A DNA stretch of 24,000 bases from Aromatoleum aromaticum EbN1 (GCF_000025965.1 NC_006513.1:3751400-3775399), one strand, 5' to 3'. Shown: positions 1 to 7,997, counted from the first letter of the stretch. Program-made: numbers and translations. The notes: generated by a model not told the origin, from the sequence alone.

Positions 1-85
1 GCAGCTCCTGTCCTGTCGCCCGAACCGGTACCCTTGAAAATGGAGCTGCTATCCTGAACCGGAATGCAAAGGACGTGGAAAGAAC

Positions 86-3000
86 ATGATCGGCAAATGG
101 CTTTCCAGAATGCACGTCCGCCTGCTGCTGCTGATATTGATCACGGCACTCCCTGCCCTGGCGATCATCGTCAATACGGGTCTCGAGCAACGCAGGGAGG
201 CGAGTGCTGCTGCCGAGAAAATGGCGCTGTTCACGGCGCGGCAGATCGCCACTCGCCAGCGGGACATGGTGAGCCACCTCCAGCGGCTGCTCGAAGGGCT
301 CGCCCGGTCTCCGGAAATTCGGCAGCTCAATAATTCCACCGAAAAATGCAACGTATGGCTCGCGAAACTGGCCAGGCTCCACGAGCTGTATGCGGAAGTC
401 TTCGTCGCCGGACTCGACGGCAAGATCACCTGCCGCTCGCAGTCCTTCAGCCATACGGTCGATATCTCCGATCGCAGCTATTTCCGCCGCGTTCTGGAGC
501 GGCAGGATTTCGCCATGGGCGATTACCAGAACAGCCTTTTCGACGGCCAACCGATCGTCGTCTCGGCGCATCCGGTGTTCGGTGACGACGACGAGATCAC
601 AGCGGTAGTCGGGGTCGGCGTAACCCCGAGCGCGTTCGCCGCGCTGCTGCGTGAAACCACCCTGCCCGATGGCTCGGTGGTGACGATCGTCGACAAGCAG
701 GGCGTCATCCTCGCTCGCCTCCCCGATCCGACGGGTCTGGCCGGGAGCACGATTCCCGAACTGAGCCAGTTCAAGGCTGCGCTCACGGGCGCCGGCGACC
801 TGCTGATGAAATCGGTATGGCTCGACGGGGTGCCGCGGATCATGGCGATTGCACCCGTGCTGACCAGGTTCGGCGACCTCTACGTGCGTGTCGGCATTCC
901 CTCGGCGATCATCGAGAACGCAGGGGCCGTCGTCGCCCAGCGCAATCTCCTGCTCCTCGCCGGCGCCGCCGTGCCGCTGCTGCTGCTCGGCTGGTTCGTC
1001 GCGCAGCGGCTCGTGTTGCGACCGCTGCAGGATCTCACCGAAACCGCAAGACGTCTGGGCGAGGGAGATCTGCAGGCTCGCACCCGCATGCCTTCCGGCA
1101 GCGGCGAACTCGGAGACCTCGCCCGGACGCTGGACCAGATGGCGGACGGCATCGGACAGTCAGTGGCGCGCATCGAGACCGCAGAGCGGGAGCTGCGCCG
1201 CAGCAACCGCGCGTTGCGGGTGCTCAATGAAGTCACTCGGGCGGTGGCGCAGGCCGACGACGAAGTACAGCTGATGGAATTGATCTGCAGCGCGGCCGTC
1301 GATGCGGGCGGTTATCGCATGACCTGGGTTGGTGTGGCCATGCAGGATGCGGAAAAATTCGTGCGACCGGTAGCTTGGGCCGGGCATGAAGCGGGCTTCC
1401 TCGACGTGGTGAAGGAGACTCTGAACGACAGCGAAAGCGCACTGAGTCCGTCGTCGATCGCCCTTGGCAACCGCCAGACCTGCATCGTCAGGGACATCGC
1501 GAACGACAGTCGCTTCCCCGCCTGGCGCGATGAGGCGCTGCGGCGCGGGTATGTCTCCCTTATCAGCGTTCCGCTGGTGGCCGACCAAGCGTTCGGCGTG
1601 CTCACGGTGCTGACCGGCGAAGCGGGGGCTTTCGACGCCGAGGAAACGCGCCTGCTGGAAAATGCTGCGCGCGAACTCGCGTTCGGCCTCGTCGCGCTGC
1701 GCAGGAGAACCGCACAGGAGAAGGCCGAAGCCGAGGTGCAATTGCGCAACCGCGCGATCGAGGCGAGCCACAACGGCCTGGTCATCTACCGCTATGCCCC
1801 GCCGGCCGGCATCGTCAGCGCCAACCCGGCGCTCCTTCGGCTGCTGGGGATGGACGAAGAGCAACTCATCGCCATGGACCTGCCGACGCTCGCACGACAG
1901 GGTTTCGACGAAAACGGCTGGGAGCAGCTCGACGGGCTGGTCACTGCCCGGCAAGCCGGTGAAGTGCCGCTGAGCCTCGTCCGTGCATCGGGTGACGTGT
2001 GCTGGCTCGATACCAGCGTGACGCTGGTCGGGGACGACGTTGCCGGCATCGACCACGCGGTCATCGAATTCCGCGATGTTACGGAAAGACACCGCTACCA
2101 GGAACAGCTGGCCTACCAGGCCAACCATGATTCGCTGACCGGATTGCCGAACCGCAACCTGCTCGGCGATCGCCTGCAGCAGTCCCTCGCGCTCGCCGCA
2201 TGCAACTCGAGCCTGCGTTTCGTGCTGTGGGTCGATATCGACCGCTTCCAGGTCGTTCATGACAGCTTTGGCAACGAAATCGCCAATGCCACGCTGGTCG
2301 TCCTCAGTCAGCGCCTGGCGGGCGCTGCAACCGGTTGCAGCATCGTTGCGCGGGTCGCCAGCGACGAATTCGTCCTGATCACCGAGGAGCTGCCGAGCCA
2401 GCAGGCCGTGGTGTCGCTCGCCACCCGGCTTCTCGACGCCTTGCGGGCGCCGATTTCGGCAGGCGGCGAGGAACTGTGGCTCACCGGCAGCATCGGCGTT
2501 GCGGCGATGGGCGGGGCCGACCTGGACGTCGATACGCTGCTGCGCAATGCCAACGTGGCCCTGTTCCGCGCCAAGGAAATGGGGCGCGATACCTTCTGCT
2601 TCTACGAGACGGGCCTGAACGTGCGGACCGCCCCGCGGCTGCGCCTCGAGCTCGCGCTGCGGCGCGCCATCGAGCAGGACGAGCTGTTTCTCGCCTACCA
2701 GCCGAAAGTCGATCTGCTGACCGGCGAAGTGGTGGGCAGCGAGGCGCTGTGCCGCTGGCGGCATCCTGAACTGGGACTGGTGTCGCCGGGTGAATTCATT
2801 CCGATCGCCGAGGAAAGCGGGCTCATCCTGCCGATCGGCCGCTGGGTGCTGGAAACCGCCTGCGCCCAGGCTCGCCGATGGATTGACGACGGCATCGACT
2901 ACCGCCGCGTCGCGGTAAACGTCTCGCCGCTGCAGTTCTTCCGCGACGATCTCGTGGCCGACGTCGCTGCATTGCTGTCCCGCTATCGCCTCGAGCCCGC

Positions 3001-3826
3001 GTCGCTGATGCTCGAAATCACCGAAAGCGCAATCATGGGCAACCCTGCGCGGGCCATCGTGATGATGCAGCAGCTGAAGGCGATCGGCGTGAAGCTGGCG
3101 ATCGACGATTTCGGCACCGGCTATTCGTCGCTCAGCGCACTCAAGCGCTTCCCCATCGATTATCTGAAAATCGACCGCGCCTTCGTCACCGACATCACGA
3201 CCAATGCCAGCGATGCGGCGATCGCCGTATCGATCATCTCCCTCGCCCACAGCCTCAACTTGCGCGTGATCGCAGAAGGGGTCGAAACGGAAGGGCAAGT
3301 GCTCTACCTGCGCGGTCGCGGGTGTGACGAGATGCAGGGTTACCATTTTTCCCCCCCGGTCGCCCCGGAGGCGTTGGCCACGCTGATCCGCGACCGCCAG
3401 CAACTGGTTTTCCCGATGCAGATCGACCGGCCCGACCGCACGTTGCTGCTGGTCGATGACGAGCCGTCGATACAGTCGGCGCTACGCCGCGTCCTGCGCA
3501 GCGAAGGCTACATCCTGCTGTTCGCTGGCAACGCCGCCGAAGCGCTCGATCTGCTTGCAAAGCACGCGGTCGGAGTCGTGATGTCGGACTTCCGCATACC
3601 CGGTATGGATGGCATTCAGCTGCTCGACAGGGTGAAAACCCTGTATCCGGACACCGTGCGCCTGGTCCTCTCCGGCTATTCCGATATCGGCACCCTTACC
3701 GACGCGATCGACCGCGGCTCGATTTTTCGCTTCCTGCACAAACCGTGGGACGACCGTGAGCTGCTGCAGTCGGTGCGCGACGCGTTCGAGCGTTTTGACC
3801 GTCGAAGGAATACATGCGCCGCTTGA
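86..3826 (+). CDS. Multidomain membrane c-di-GMP signalling protein: periplasmic Cache-like sensor, HAMP, GAF, PAS, degenerate GGDEF, EAL and C-terminal CheY-like receiver
   Basis: 1246-aa ORF with ATG at 86 behind GGAAAG. Two hydrophobic segments (LLLLILITALPALAIIV and LLLLAGAAVPLLLLGWFVA) bracket about 270 aa. HAMP-like LRPLQDLTETARRLGEGDL. GGDEF-domain context (DSLTGLPNR ... RVASDEFVLI) with SDEF in place of GGDEF. EAL motifs EALCRW, DDFGTGYSSL, EGVETE, QGY. Receiver motifs LLLVDDEPS, MSDFRIPGMDG, LSGY, HKPW. Confidence 0.85.
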   Translation: MIGKWLSRMHVRLLLLILITALPALAIIVNTGLEQRREASAAAEKMALFTARQIATRQRDMVSHLQRLLEGLARSPEIRQLNNSTEKCNVWLAKLARLHELYAEVFVAGLDGKITCRSQSFSHTVDISDRSYFRRVLERQDFAMGDYQNSLFDGQPIVVSAHPVFGDDDEITAVVGVGVTPSAFAALLRETTLPDGSVVTIVDKQGVILARLPDPTGLAGSTIPELSQFKAALTGAGDLLMKSVWLDGVPRIMAIAPVLTRFGDLYVRVGIPSAIIENAGAVVAQRNLLLLAGAAVPLLLLGWFVAQRLVLRPLQDLTETARRLGEGDLQARTRMPSGSGELGDLARTLDQMADGIGQSVARIETAERELRRSNRALRVLNEVTRAVAQADDEVQLMELICSAAVDAGGYRMTWVGVAMQDAEKFVRPVAWAGHEAGFLDVVKETLNDSESALSPSSIALGNRQTCIVRDIANDSRFPAWRDEALRRGYVSLISVPLVADQAFGVLTVLTGEAGAFDAEETRLLENAARELAFGLVALRRRTAQEKAEAEVQLRNRAIEASHNGLVIYRYAPPAGIVSANPALLRLLGMDEEQLIAMDLPTLARQGFDENGWEQLDGLVTARQAGEVPLSLVRASGDVCWLDTSVTLVGDDVAGIDHAVIEFRDVTERHRYQEQLAYQANHDSLTGLPNRNLLGDRLQQSLALAACNSSLRFVLWVDIDRFQVVHDSFGNEIANATLVVLSQRLAGAATGCSIVARVASDEFVLITEELPSQQAVVSLATRLLDALRAPISAGGEELWLTGSIGVAAMGGADLDVDTLLRNANVALFRAKEMGRDTFCFYETGLNVRTAPRLRLELALRRAIEQDELFLAYQPKVDLLTGEVVGSEALCRWRHPELGLVSPGEFIPIAEESGLILPIGRWVLETACAQARRWIDDGIDYRRVAVNVSPLQFFRDDLVADVAALLSRYRLEPASLMLEITESAIMGNPARAIVMMQQLKAIGVKLAIDDFGTGYSSLSALKRFPIDYLKIDRAFVTDITTNASDAAIAVSIISLAHSLNLRVIAEGVETEGQVLYLRGRGCDEMQGYHFSPPVAPEALATLIRDRQQLVFPMQIDRPDRTLLLVDDEPSIQSALRRVLRSEGYILLFAGNAAEALDLLAKHAVGVVMSDFRIPGMDGIQLLDRVKTLYPDTVRLVLSGYSDIGTLTDAIDRGSIFRFLHKPWDDRELLQSVRDAFERFDRRRNTCAA

Positions 3827-4150
3827 GCGCACAGTGCTTTGGAAAGGTGCCGGCAGCGATCGCCTGCAGACCGGCGTAAAGTTCGTCATCAACAGTCACC
3901 GCATCGCCCGGAACGCTTGCGAGGCTGGGCTGGGGCGCGATTATACCCCGCCGTCAAGCGCCCGAAGCCGCGGCGCTGTCGCGCCGTTGCCGGTAGCACA
4001 CGGCGAGGCTTTGCGGCTGTTCCGGTCGAACAAGTTGTCGTCTGTAGCTGTATGCGAAGCGCAGATCGCGGGACAATCTACGGGTTATCCGGCGCAGGAG
4101 GTTCGAAAAAAACGCCTTCGCCTGTCCCGTTCGTCACCGAGGTCCGGATC

Positions 4151-4744
4151 GTGAATTCCGCCGCAACGTTTCCGCTGCATGCGCCAGTGCTGGGCCGAAT
4201 CCCCGGCAACAAGGCCATCTGGGTAGGCATCTACTGCGAAGTCACCGAGTTCGTCCTGATGTTCCTGGTGTATTTCATCGCCCGCGCGCACCACCCCGGC
4301 AGCTTCAGTGGCGGCCCCGCGCAGTTGTCGCTGCTGGCCGGCACCGCCTATACCGTCGCCCTGCTGACCAGCGGCTACTGCGTGGCGCGCGGCCTCGTGG
4401 CAATGCGCAGGGCGCGCCGGCAGGCCTGCCTGCGCTGGCTGGCAGCGGCTTTCGTCATCGGCGCGATCTATCCGCTCGTCAAGTTTTTCGAGGTGCGCTG
4501 GAACCTCGCGAACGGGCTCGACGGCGATGCGGGCGTGTTCTTCGTCACCTACTATTACCTGACTTTCAACCACCTCGTTCACGTGTTCTGGGGGCTGCTC
4601 GGCCTGCTGTGGGTCATGGTGCGTACGGGCACTGGCAGCTATACCGCCGAGGAACACGACGGGTTGGAGGCCTTCGCGTGCTACTGGCACACGACCGACA
4701 TCATCTGGCTGATGATTTTCCCGCTGTTCTACATGCTGCGCTGA
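4151..4744 (+). CDS. Cytochrome c oxidase subunit III family membrane protein (NorE-like)
   Basis: The protein-like, hydrophobic part of ORF 3839..4744 starts at GTG 4151, with GAGG at 4139-4142. Multi-pass membrane sequence ending YWHTTDIIWLMIFPLFYML, the H..D..W signature of CoxIII/NorE C-termini. The roughly 100 upstream codons of the ORF are R/P-rich and not protein-like. Confidence 0.7.
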   Translation: MNSAATFPLHAPVLGRIPGNKAIWVGIYCEVTEFVLMFLVYFIARAHHPGSFSGGPAQLSLLAGTAYTVALLTSGYCVARGLVAMRRARRQACLRWLAAAFVIGAIYPLVKFFEVRWNLANGLDGDAGVFFVTYYYLTFNHLVHVFWGLLGLLWVMVRTGTGSYTAEEHDGLEAFACYWHTTDIIWLMIFPLFYMLR

Positions 4745-4758
4745 CCGAGGAGCGAACG

Positions 4759-5049
4759 ATGAGCGAAACGCGGAAACTCGATCTCGCCTGGATCACGCTG
4801 GTCCTGCTCAGCATCGGCAGCGCCGGCGTCGGCGGGACGGCAGACCCCGATCTCGGCGTGACGGCGATCATCGCGCTGGTGATGAGCATCAAGGTGCGCA
4901 TCGTCTGCACGTATTTCATGGAACTGGACACGGCGTCGCGCCGGATCCGCCGCTCGATGTATGCGTTCTGCTACGGCATGCCCACAGTCGTCGTGCTGAC
5001 GAGCGTGTTTGGCGACGTCATCGCGAGACTCACCGCTGTGCTCGTGTAG
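4759..5049 (+). CDS. Small membrane protein, prokaryotic cytochrome oxidase subunit IV-like (NorF-like partner of the preceding gene)
   Basis: ATG 4759 lies 6 nt after GAGGAG (4747-4752) and 14 nt after the upstream stop. The 96-aa product has three hydrophobic helices and a K-x6-YFMEL motif resembling the COX4_pro family. Its position directly after a CoxIII-like gene matches norE-norF arrangements. Confidence 0.55.
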   Translation: MSETRKLDLAWITLVLLSIGSAGVGGTADPDLGVTAIIALVMSIKVRIVCTYFMELDTASRRIRRSMYAFCYGMPTVVVLTSVFGDVIARLTAVLV

Positions 5050-5103
5050 CGCCTCGTCCGGCCTGGCGTTCTTCACCATACCGGACGACGGTCTGCGGAC
5101 CGG

Positions 5104-5325
5104 TCAGCCCGCGCGGTTCAGCGCCTCGTCGAGGTAGCGGACGGTGCGCTCGACGTCGTGCAGCTTGTCCAGGCCGAAGAGGCCGATGCGGAACGTGCGG
5201 AAGTCCGCCGGTTCGTCGCACGGCAGCGGCACGCCCGCGGCGATCTGCAGGCCCTGTGCAGACAAGGCCCGGCCGGACTGGATTTCCGGGTCGTCGGTGT
5301 AGCTGACGACCACTCCGGGCGCCTG
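5104..5325 (-). pseudogene. 3'-terminal remnant of a class-V (serine/alanine-glyoxylate type) aminotransferase-like gene
   Basis: Only the last ~73 codons of the 588-aa minus ORF look like real protein: APGVVVSYTDDPEIQSG..GLQIAAGVPLPCDEPADFRTFRIGLFGLDKLHDVERTVRYLDEALNRAG. The FRIG(H/L).G block is typical of class-V aminotransferase C-termini. Upstream codons become R-rich and run antisense to a well-supported plus-strand gene, with no N-terminal PLP-lysine region present. The 5' limit is uncertain and could reach about 5480 with frameshifts. Confidence 0.45.
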
Positions 5326-5548
5326 GACCCTTCGGCGGCGAATCTCGCCGCACGGCCGGCTCGCGCTGATCCTCCTTATCGACCAGTTCCCGCGGAATAT
5401 CCCTCGTGCACGTCGCAAGCTTTCGCCTTCGACCCGCTCGCCTGCGGTAAACTTCCCGTCCGTGCCGAGCAGCCATACCGCGCGCAGACGCTTGTGCGGA
5501 ACGGACTCGGTTCGGCGCCAGCCGTTCGAGCGAACCTCTCCTCGGCCG

Positions 5549-5561
5549 CCCCCCCCCCCCC
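5549..5561. repeat. Homopolymeric C13 tract (G13 on the other strand)
   Basis: Read directly: gccg-CCCCCCCCCCCCC-gact. It ends 22 nt upstream of ATG 5584. Confidence 0.95.
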
Positions 5562-5583
5562 GACTCGATACGAACCGATCTCC

Positions 5584-7122
5584 ATGCATCAAGACGACAC
5601 CAACGCCCTGGACGCGCTCCATGAACTCTTCGACCACATCATCGACGAAGGCATCGGGGTCATCCTCGACACACACTCCTTCGACGCCCTGCACGCCCGC
5701 CTGCGCGAGTTGATGCGGCCGTTGGCCCAGGCCATCGTCAGCGAGGCGGGCGAGGACGCCGACGACAGCCAGGTGGATCAGGCCGCCCGCGCCATCGCCA
5801 CGCGCGCCGCGCTCGACCTGTGGAACCACACGCCGATTCCCGACAACCACTTCCGGCCGTACAAGATGGACAAGCCGGAGCGCAACGCCCCGTGCCCATG
5901 CGGCTCGCAGCGCAAGTACAAGCAGTGTTGCGGCGCTGTCGAGTCGCCGAGCCTCACGCTGCCCCCGGACGAGATGGCCGGGCGGGTGCTCAAGCGCCTG
6001 CCGAAGGAGCGTATCGGCGAGATCGGCGCCCTCGGCGTGCCGGTGCACGCGCTCGGCATGGTGGCGCAGGCCTGGTTCGAGCAGGAACGATTCGACGACG
6101 TCGTCGCCTTGCTCGAACCCGTGTTCAACGATGTGCGCGGGCTCGACGAGCGCGCCGAGCTGGCCGCCGACGTGCTGGGCAACGCCTGGCTCGCCCTCGG
6201 CGACGAAGCCCGGCGGCTTGAGCTCATCGCCACGTTGAAGCGTGCGCCGGACAAGACGCTGAAGAGCGCTGCATTTCAACGCGAGGCCACGCTGAACTGC
6301 GACCGCGGCGACTTCCCGGCCGCGTGGGCCGCCTTCGGGCAGGCTCAACGCCTGACACCGAACAACCCGACGCTGGCGCACCTCGAAGTCCTGCTGCTGC
6401 TCGCCGAGGGGCGGGAGGCCGAAGCGCGGGCGCGAGTCGATTTCTGGGCCGCAAAACTTGCCCGCGACCCCGAGTTCGACCATTCGGAGCTCATCGGCCT
6501 GCTCCACCAGATGCTCGACGTCGGCCGGGTGGACGAGCGCCTCGCAGCGTTGCCCGAAGACTACCCGGAACGGCGCTTGCTGCTGCACATCGAACTCGAG
6601 GGCATCGAGCCGCCGATCTGGCGCCGCCTGGAAGTCGAAAACAGCCTGACATTCGCCGAGCTGCACGACATCCTGCAGGCGGCAATGGGGTGGGAGGACG
6701 AGCATCTTCACGAGTTCATCGTCGGCGACCACCATATCGGGCCTACGACCGACGTCGAGCTGGCTTGGGACGATCCGGCCTTGCCGAGCGAAGAGGTCGA
6801 GCTCGGCCAGGTGATTGGGCGCAAAAAGTCCTTCCGCTACCTGTACGACTTCGGCGACGGCTGGAGCCACCGCATCACCATCGAACAGCGCCTGCCATCG
6901 ACGCCGACCGAGCGGCCCGCCGTCCTCCTCGCCGGCAAGCGCGCCTGCCCGCCGGAAGACTGCGGCGGCGTGTCGGGCTATTACCGGCTCCTCGATGCCC
7001 TCGCCCGGCCGGACAGCGAAGAAAACCGCGAAACGCTCGAGTGGCTGGGCGACTACAAGCCGGACGCGTTCAGCCTCGCGAGTGTTCGCAAGGCAGTGGC
7101 GTCGCTGTTTACGCGCATCTGA
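5584..7122 (+). CDS. SEC-C motif / TPR-like helical repeat / MM3350 (plasmid pRiA4b ORF-3-like) domain protein
   Basis: In-frame ATG at 5584 within ORF 5158..7122. SEC-C zinc motif CPCGSQRKYKQCCG at 5893-5934. Central A/L-rich helical repeats. C-terminal LLLHIELEGIEPPIWRRLEVENSLTFAELHDILQAAMGWEDEHLHEF ... FRYLYDFGDGWSHRITIE ... CPPEDCGGVSGY, which matches the conserved blocks of the PRiA4_ORF3/MM3350 fold. Confidence 0.75.
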   Translation: MHQDDTNALDALHELFDHIIDEGIGVILDTHSFDALHARLRELMRPLAQAIVSEAGEDADDSQVDQAARAIATRAALDLWNHTPIPDNHFRPYKMDKPERNAPCPCGSQRKYKQCCGAVESPSLTLPPDEMAGRVLKRLPKERIGEIGALGVPVHALGMVAQAWFEQERFDDVVALLEPVFNDVRGLDERAELAADVLGNAWLALGDEARRLELIATLKRAPDKTLKSAAFQREATLNCDRGDFPAAWAAFGQAQRLTPNNPTLAHLEVLLLLAEGREAEARARVDFWAAKLARDPEFDHSELIGLLHQMLDVGRVDERLAALPEDYPERRLLLHIELEGIEPPIWRRLEVENSLTFAELHDILQAAMGWEDEHLHEFIVGDHHIGPTTDVELAWDDPALPSEEVELGQVIGRKKSFRYLYDFGDGWSHRITIEQRLPSTPTERPAVLLAGKRACPPEDCGGVSGYYRLLDALARPDSEENRETLEWLGDYKPDAFSLASVRKAVASLFTRI

Positions 7123-7123
7123 G

Positions 7124-7163
7124 TTTCGAGCGCGCGAAGATGCGCGGCCTCAGGCGCTCGAAA
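7124..7163 (+). terminator. Stem-loop immediately after the SEC-C/MM3350 gene stop (10-bp stem, 20-nt loop)
   Basis: TTTCGAGCGC (7124-7133) pairs with GCGCTCGAAA (7154-7163). It starts 2 nt after the TGA at 7120-7122. There is no U-tract, so terminator function is inferred only. Confidence 0.3.
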
Positions 7164-7199
7164 TCCTGTCCGAATGCTCGCCGCGCCAGAAGCGAAGCA

Positions 7200-7236
7200 C
7201 ATCGGGCGCAATGCGCATCGCCTATTGCGCCCGATG
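7200..7236. terminator. Perfect 13-bp stem / 11-nt loop hairpin in a convergent intergenic region (possible bidirectional terminator or REP-like element)
   Basis: CATCGGGCGCAAT (7200-7212) is the exact reverse complement of ATTGCGCCCGATG (7224-7236). It lies between the convergent stops at 7122 (+) and 7273 (-). Confidence 0.35.
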
Positions 7237-7272
7237 CGTCCTGATCCTCGATGACGCGCCATGTCGCCGCCG

Positions 7273-7734
7273 TTACGCGTCGGGTCGTCTCAGATGCTCG
7301 AGGAAGAACGCCGCATTGACGATCGGACAAATGAAACCCGCCGCCACGGCATGCAGGTCGGCATCGCCCGTCACGAGCCAAGCCGCGTCGCCGGCAATCG
7401 CCAGCTCGAGAAAGGGCAGGTCATGCGCGTCACGACAGGCCGGCGTGCGCGGCGGCGGATCAGGGATGGTGGCCGTCTCGCAGAACGGCAGGTAATCGGC
7501 GAGCAGTTCTTCCTGCTCGGCGGCGCCCAGTCTGAACTTGGGGTAAGTCAGCACCCGCACGAGCTCGGCCGCGGTGACGCGCGAGACCAGCGGCAGGAAG
7601 TCCCCACGCTGCCACGCCCTTCGCAGCGCACCGGGAACCCCGCCGCCGAAAACCAGCGCGGACAGCACCACGTTGGTGTCGAGCACCGCGCGCGGCACGG
7701 CGGCCGCCGCGTCCCGCCCCTCGATCTGCCCCAT
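7273..7734 (-). CDS. PIN-domain toxin (PIN_3 / TIGR00305-like) of a type II TA pair
   Basis: VLDTNVVLSAL ... DAHDLPFLELA ... LVTGDADL carries the acidic PIN residues. ATG 7734 lies 2 nt after the antitoxin stop (TGAcgATG). The longer ORF start at 7779 would overlap the antitoxin by 43 nt. Confidence 0.8.
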   Translation of the reverse strand: MGQIEGRDAAAAVPRAVLDTNVVLSALVFGGGVPGALRRAWQRGDFLPLVSRVTAAELVRVLTYPKFRLGAAEQEELLADYLPFCETATIPDPPPRTPACRDAHDLPFLELAIAGDAAWLVTGDADLHAVAAGFICPIVNAAFFLEHLRRPDA

Positions 7735-7736
7735 CG

Positions 7737-7982
7737 TCACTGCTTGCCGCGCGGCGAATCTACGCTCGCGCGCGCCCACGCGACGGCATCGGCCACATCC
7801 TGCTCCGTAAGGTCGAGCTCGGCGAGCTTGGCGCGCACCGCGTCGGCACGCTGAATGCGTACAGGCGTGAGGATGATCTGGCCATTGCGGGCTTCAACCT
7901 CGAAGTAAGGGCCGGCACCGACCGCCTCGGTCACGCTCTTCGGAAGGGTGAGCTGGTTCTTGGAAGTCATTTTGGCAAGCAT
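7737..7982 (-). CDS. AbrB/MazE/SpoVT-family antitoxin
   Basis: The 81-aa product has MTSKNQLTLPKSV ... G.YFEVEARNGQIILTP, the swapped-hairpin AbrB-type motif. It sits immediately upstream of, and coupled to, the PIN gene. The start could instead be the ATG at 7970. Confidence 0.75.
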   Translation of the reverse strand: MLAKMTSKNQLTLPKSVTEAVGAGPYFEVEARNGQIILTPVRIQRADAVRAKLAELDLTEQDVADAVAWARASVDSPRGKQ

Positions 7983-7997
7983 CTCGGCAATCCCGTA

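Noticed and set aside
1-48. 8-bp inverted repeat GCAGCTCC / GGAGCTGC at the window start, upstream of the sensor gene
   Set aside because: It has a 32-nt loop and is truncated by the window edge. Neither a promoter nor a terminator assignment can be supported.
1160-3403. 747-aa minus-strand ORF antisense to the sensor gene
   Set aside because: It is a shadow ORF typical of high-GC DNA. The composition is R/G/A/P-rich with no recognisable motifs, and the plus strand carries clear HAMP/GAF/GGDEF/EAL motifs over the same span.
3879-3892. Possible FNR/Dnr box upstream of the NorE-like gene (AAGTT-CGTC-ATCAA)
   Set aside because: Only the ATCAA half-site matches TTGAT-N4-ATCAA. The left half is poor, and the site lies 260 nt from the start codon.
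4100-4108. GGTTCGAAA, reminiscent of a tRNA T-loop
   Set aside because: The flanking bases cannot form a T-stem, acceptor stem or anticodon arm. No tRNA cloverleaf could be built anywhere in the window.
3839-4150. N-terminal 104-codon extension of the NorE-like ORF (and overlapping ORF 3756..4154)
   Set aside because: The sequence is basic and proline-rich, not membrane-protein-like. CoxIII/NorE-family proteins are about 190-200 aa, which fits the GTG 4151 start with its upstream GAGG.
5054-5088. Inverted repeat TCGTCCGG / CCGGACGA between the convergent NorF-like and aminotransferase-like stops
   Set aside because: It has an 8-bp stem but a 19-nt loop and no U-tract, which is too weak to call a terminator.
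5326-6870. Remainder of the 588-aa minus-strand ORF upstream of the aminotransferase-like tail
   Set aside because: It runs antisense to the SEC-C/MM3350 gene, which has unambiguous motifs. The sequence is low-complexity and R/G/V-rich, so only the last ~73 codons were kept as a gene remnant.
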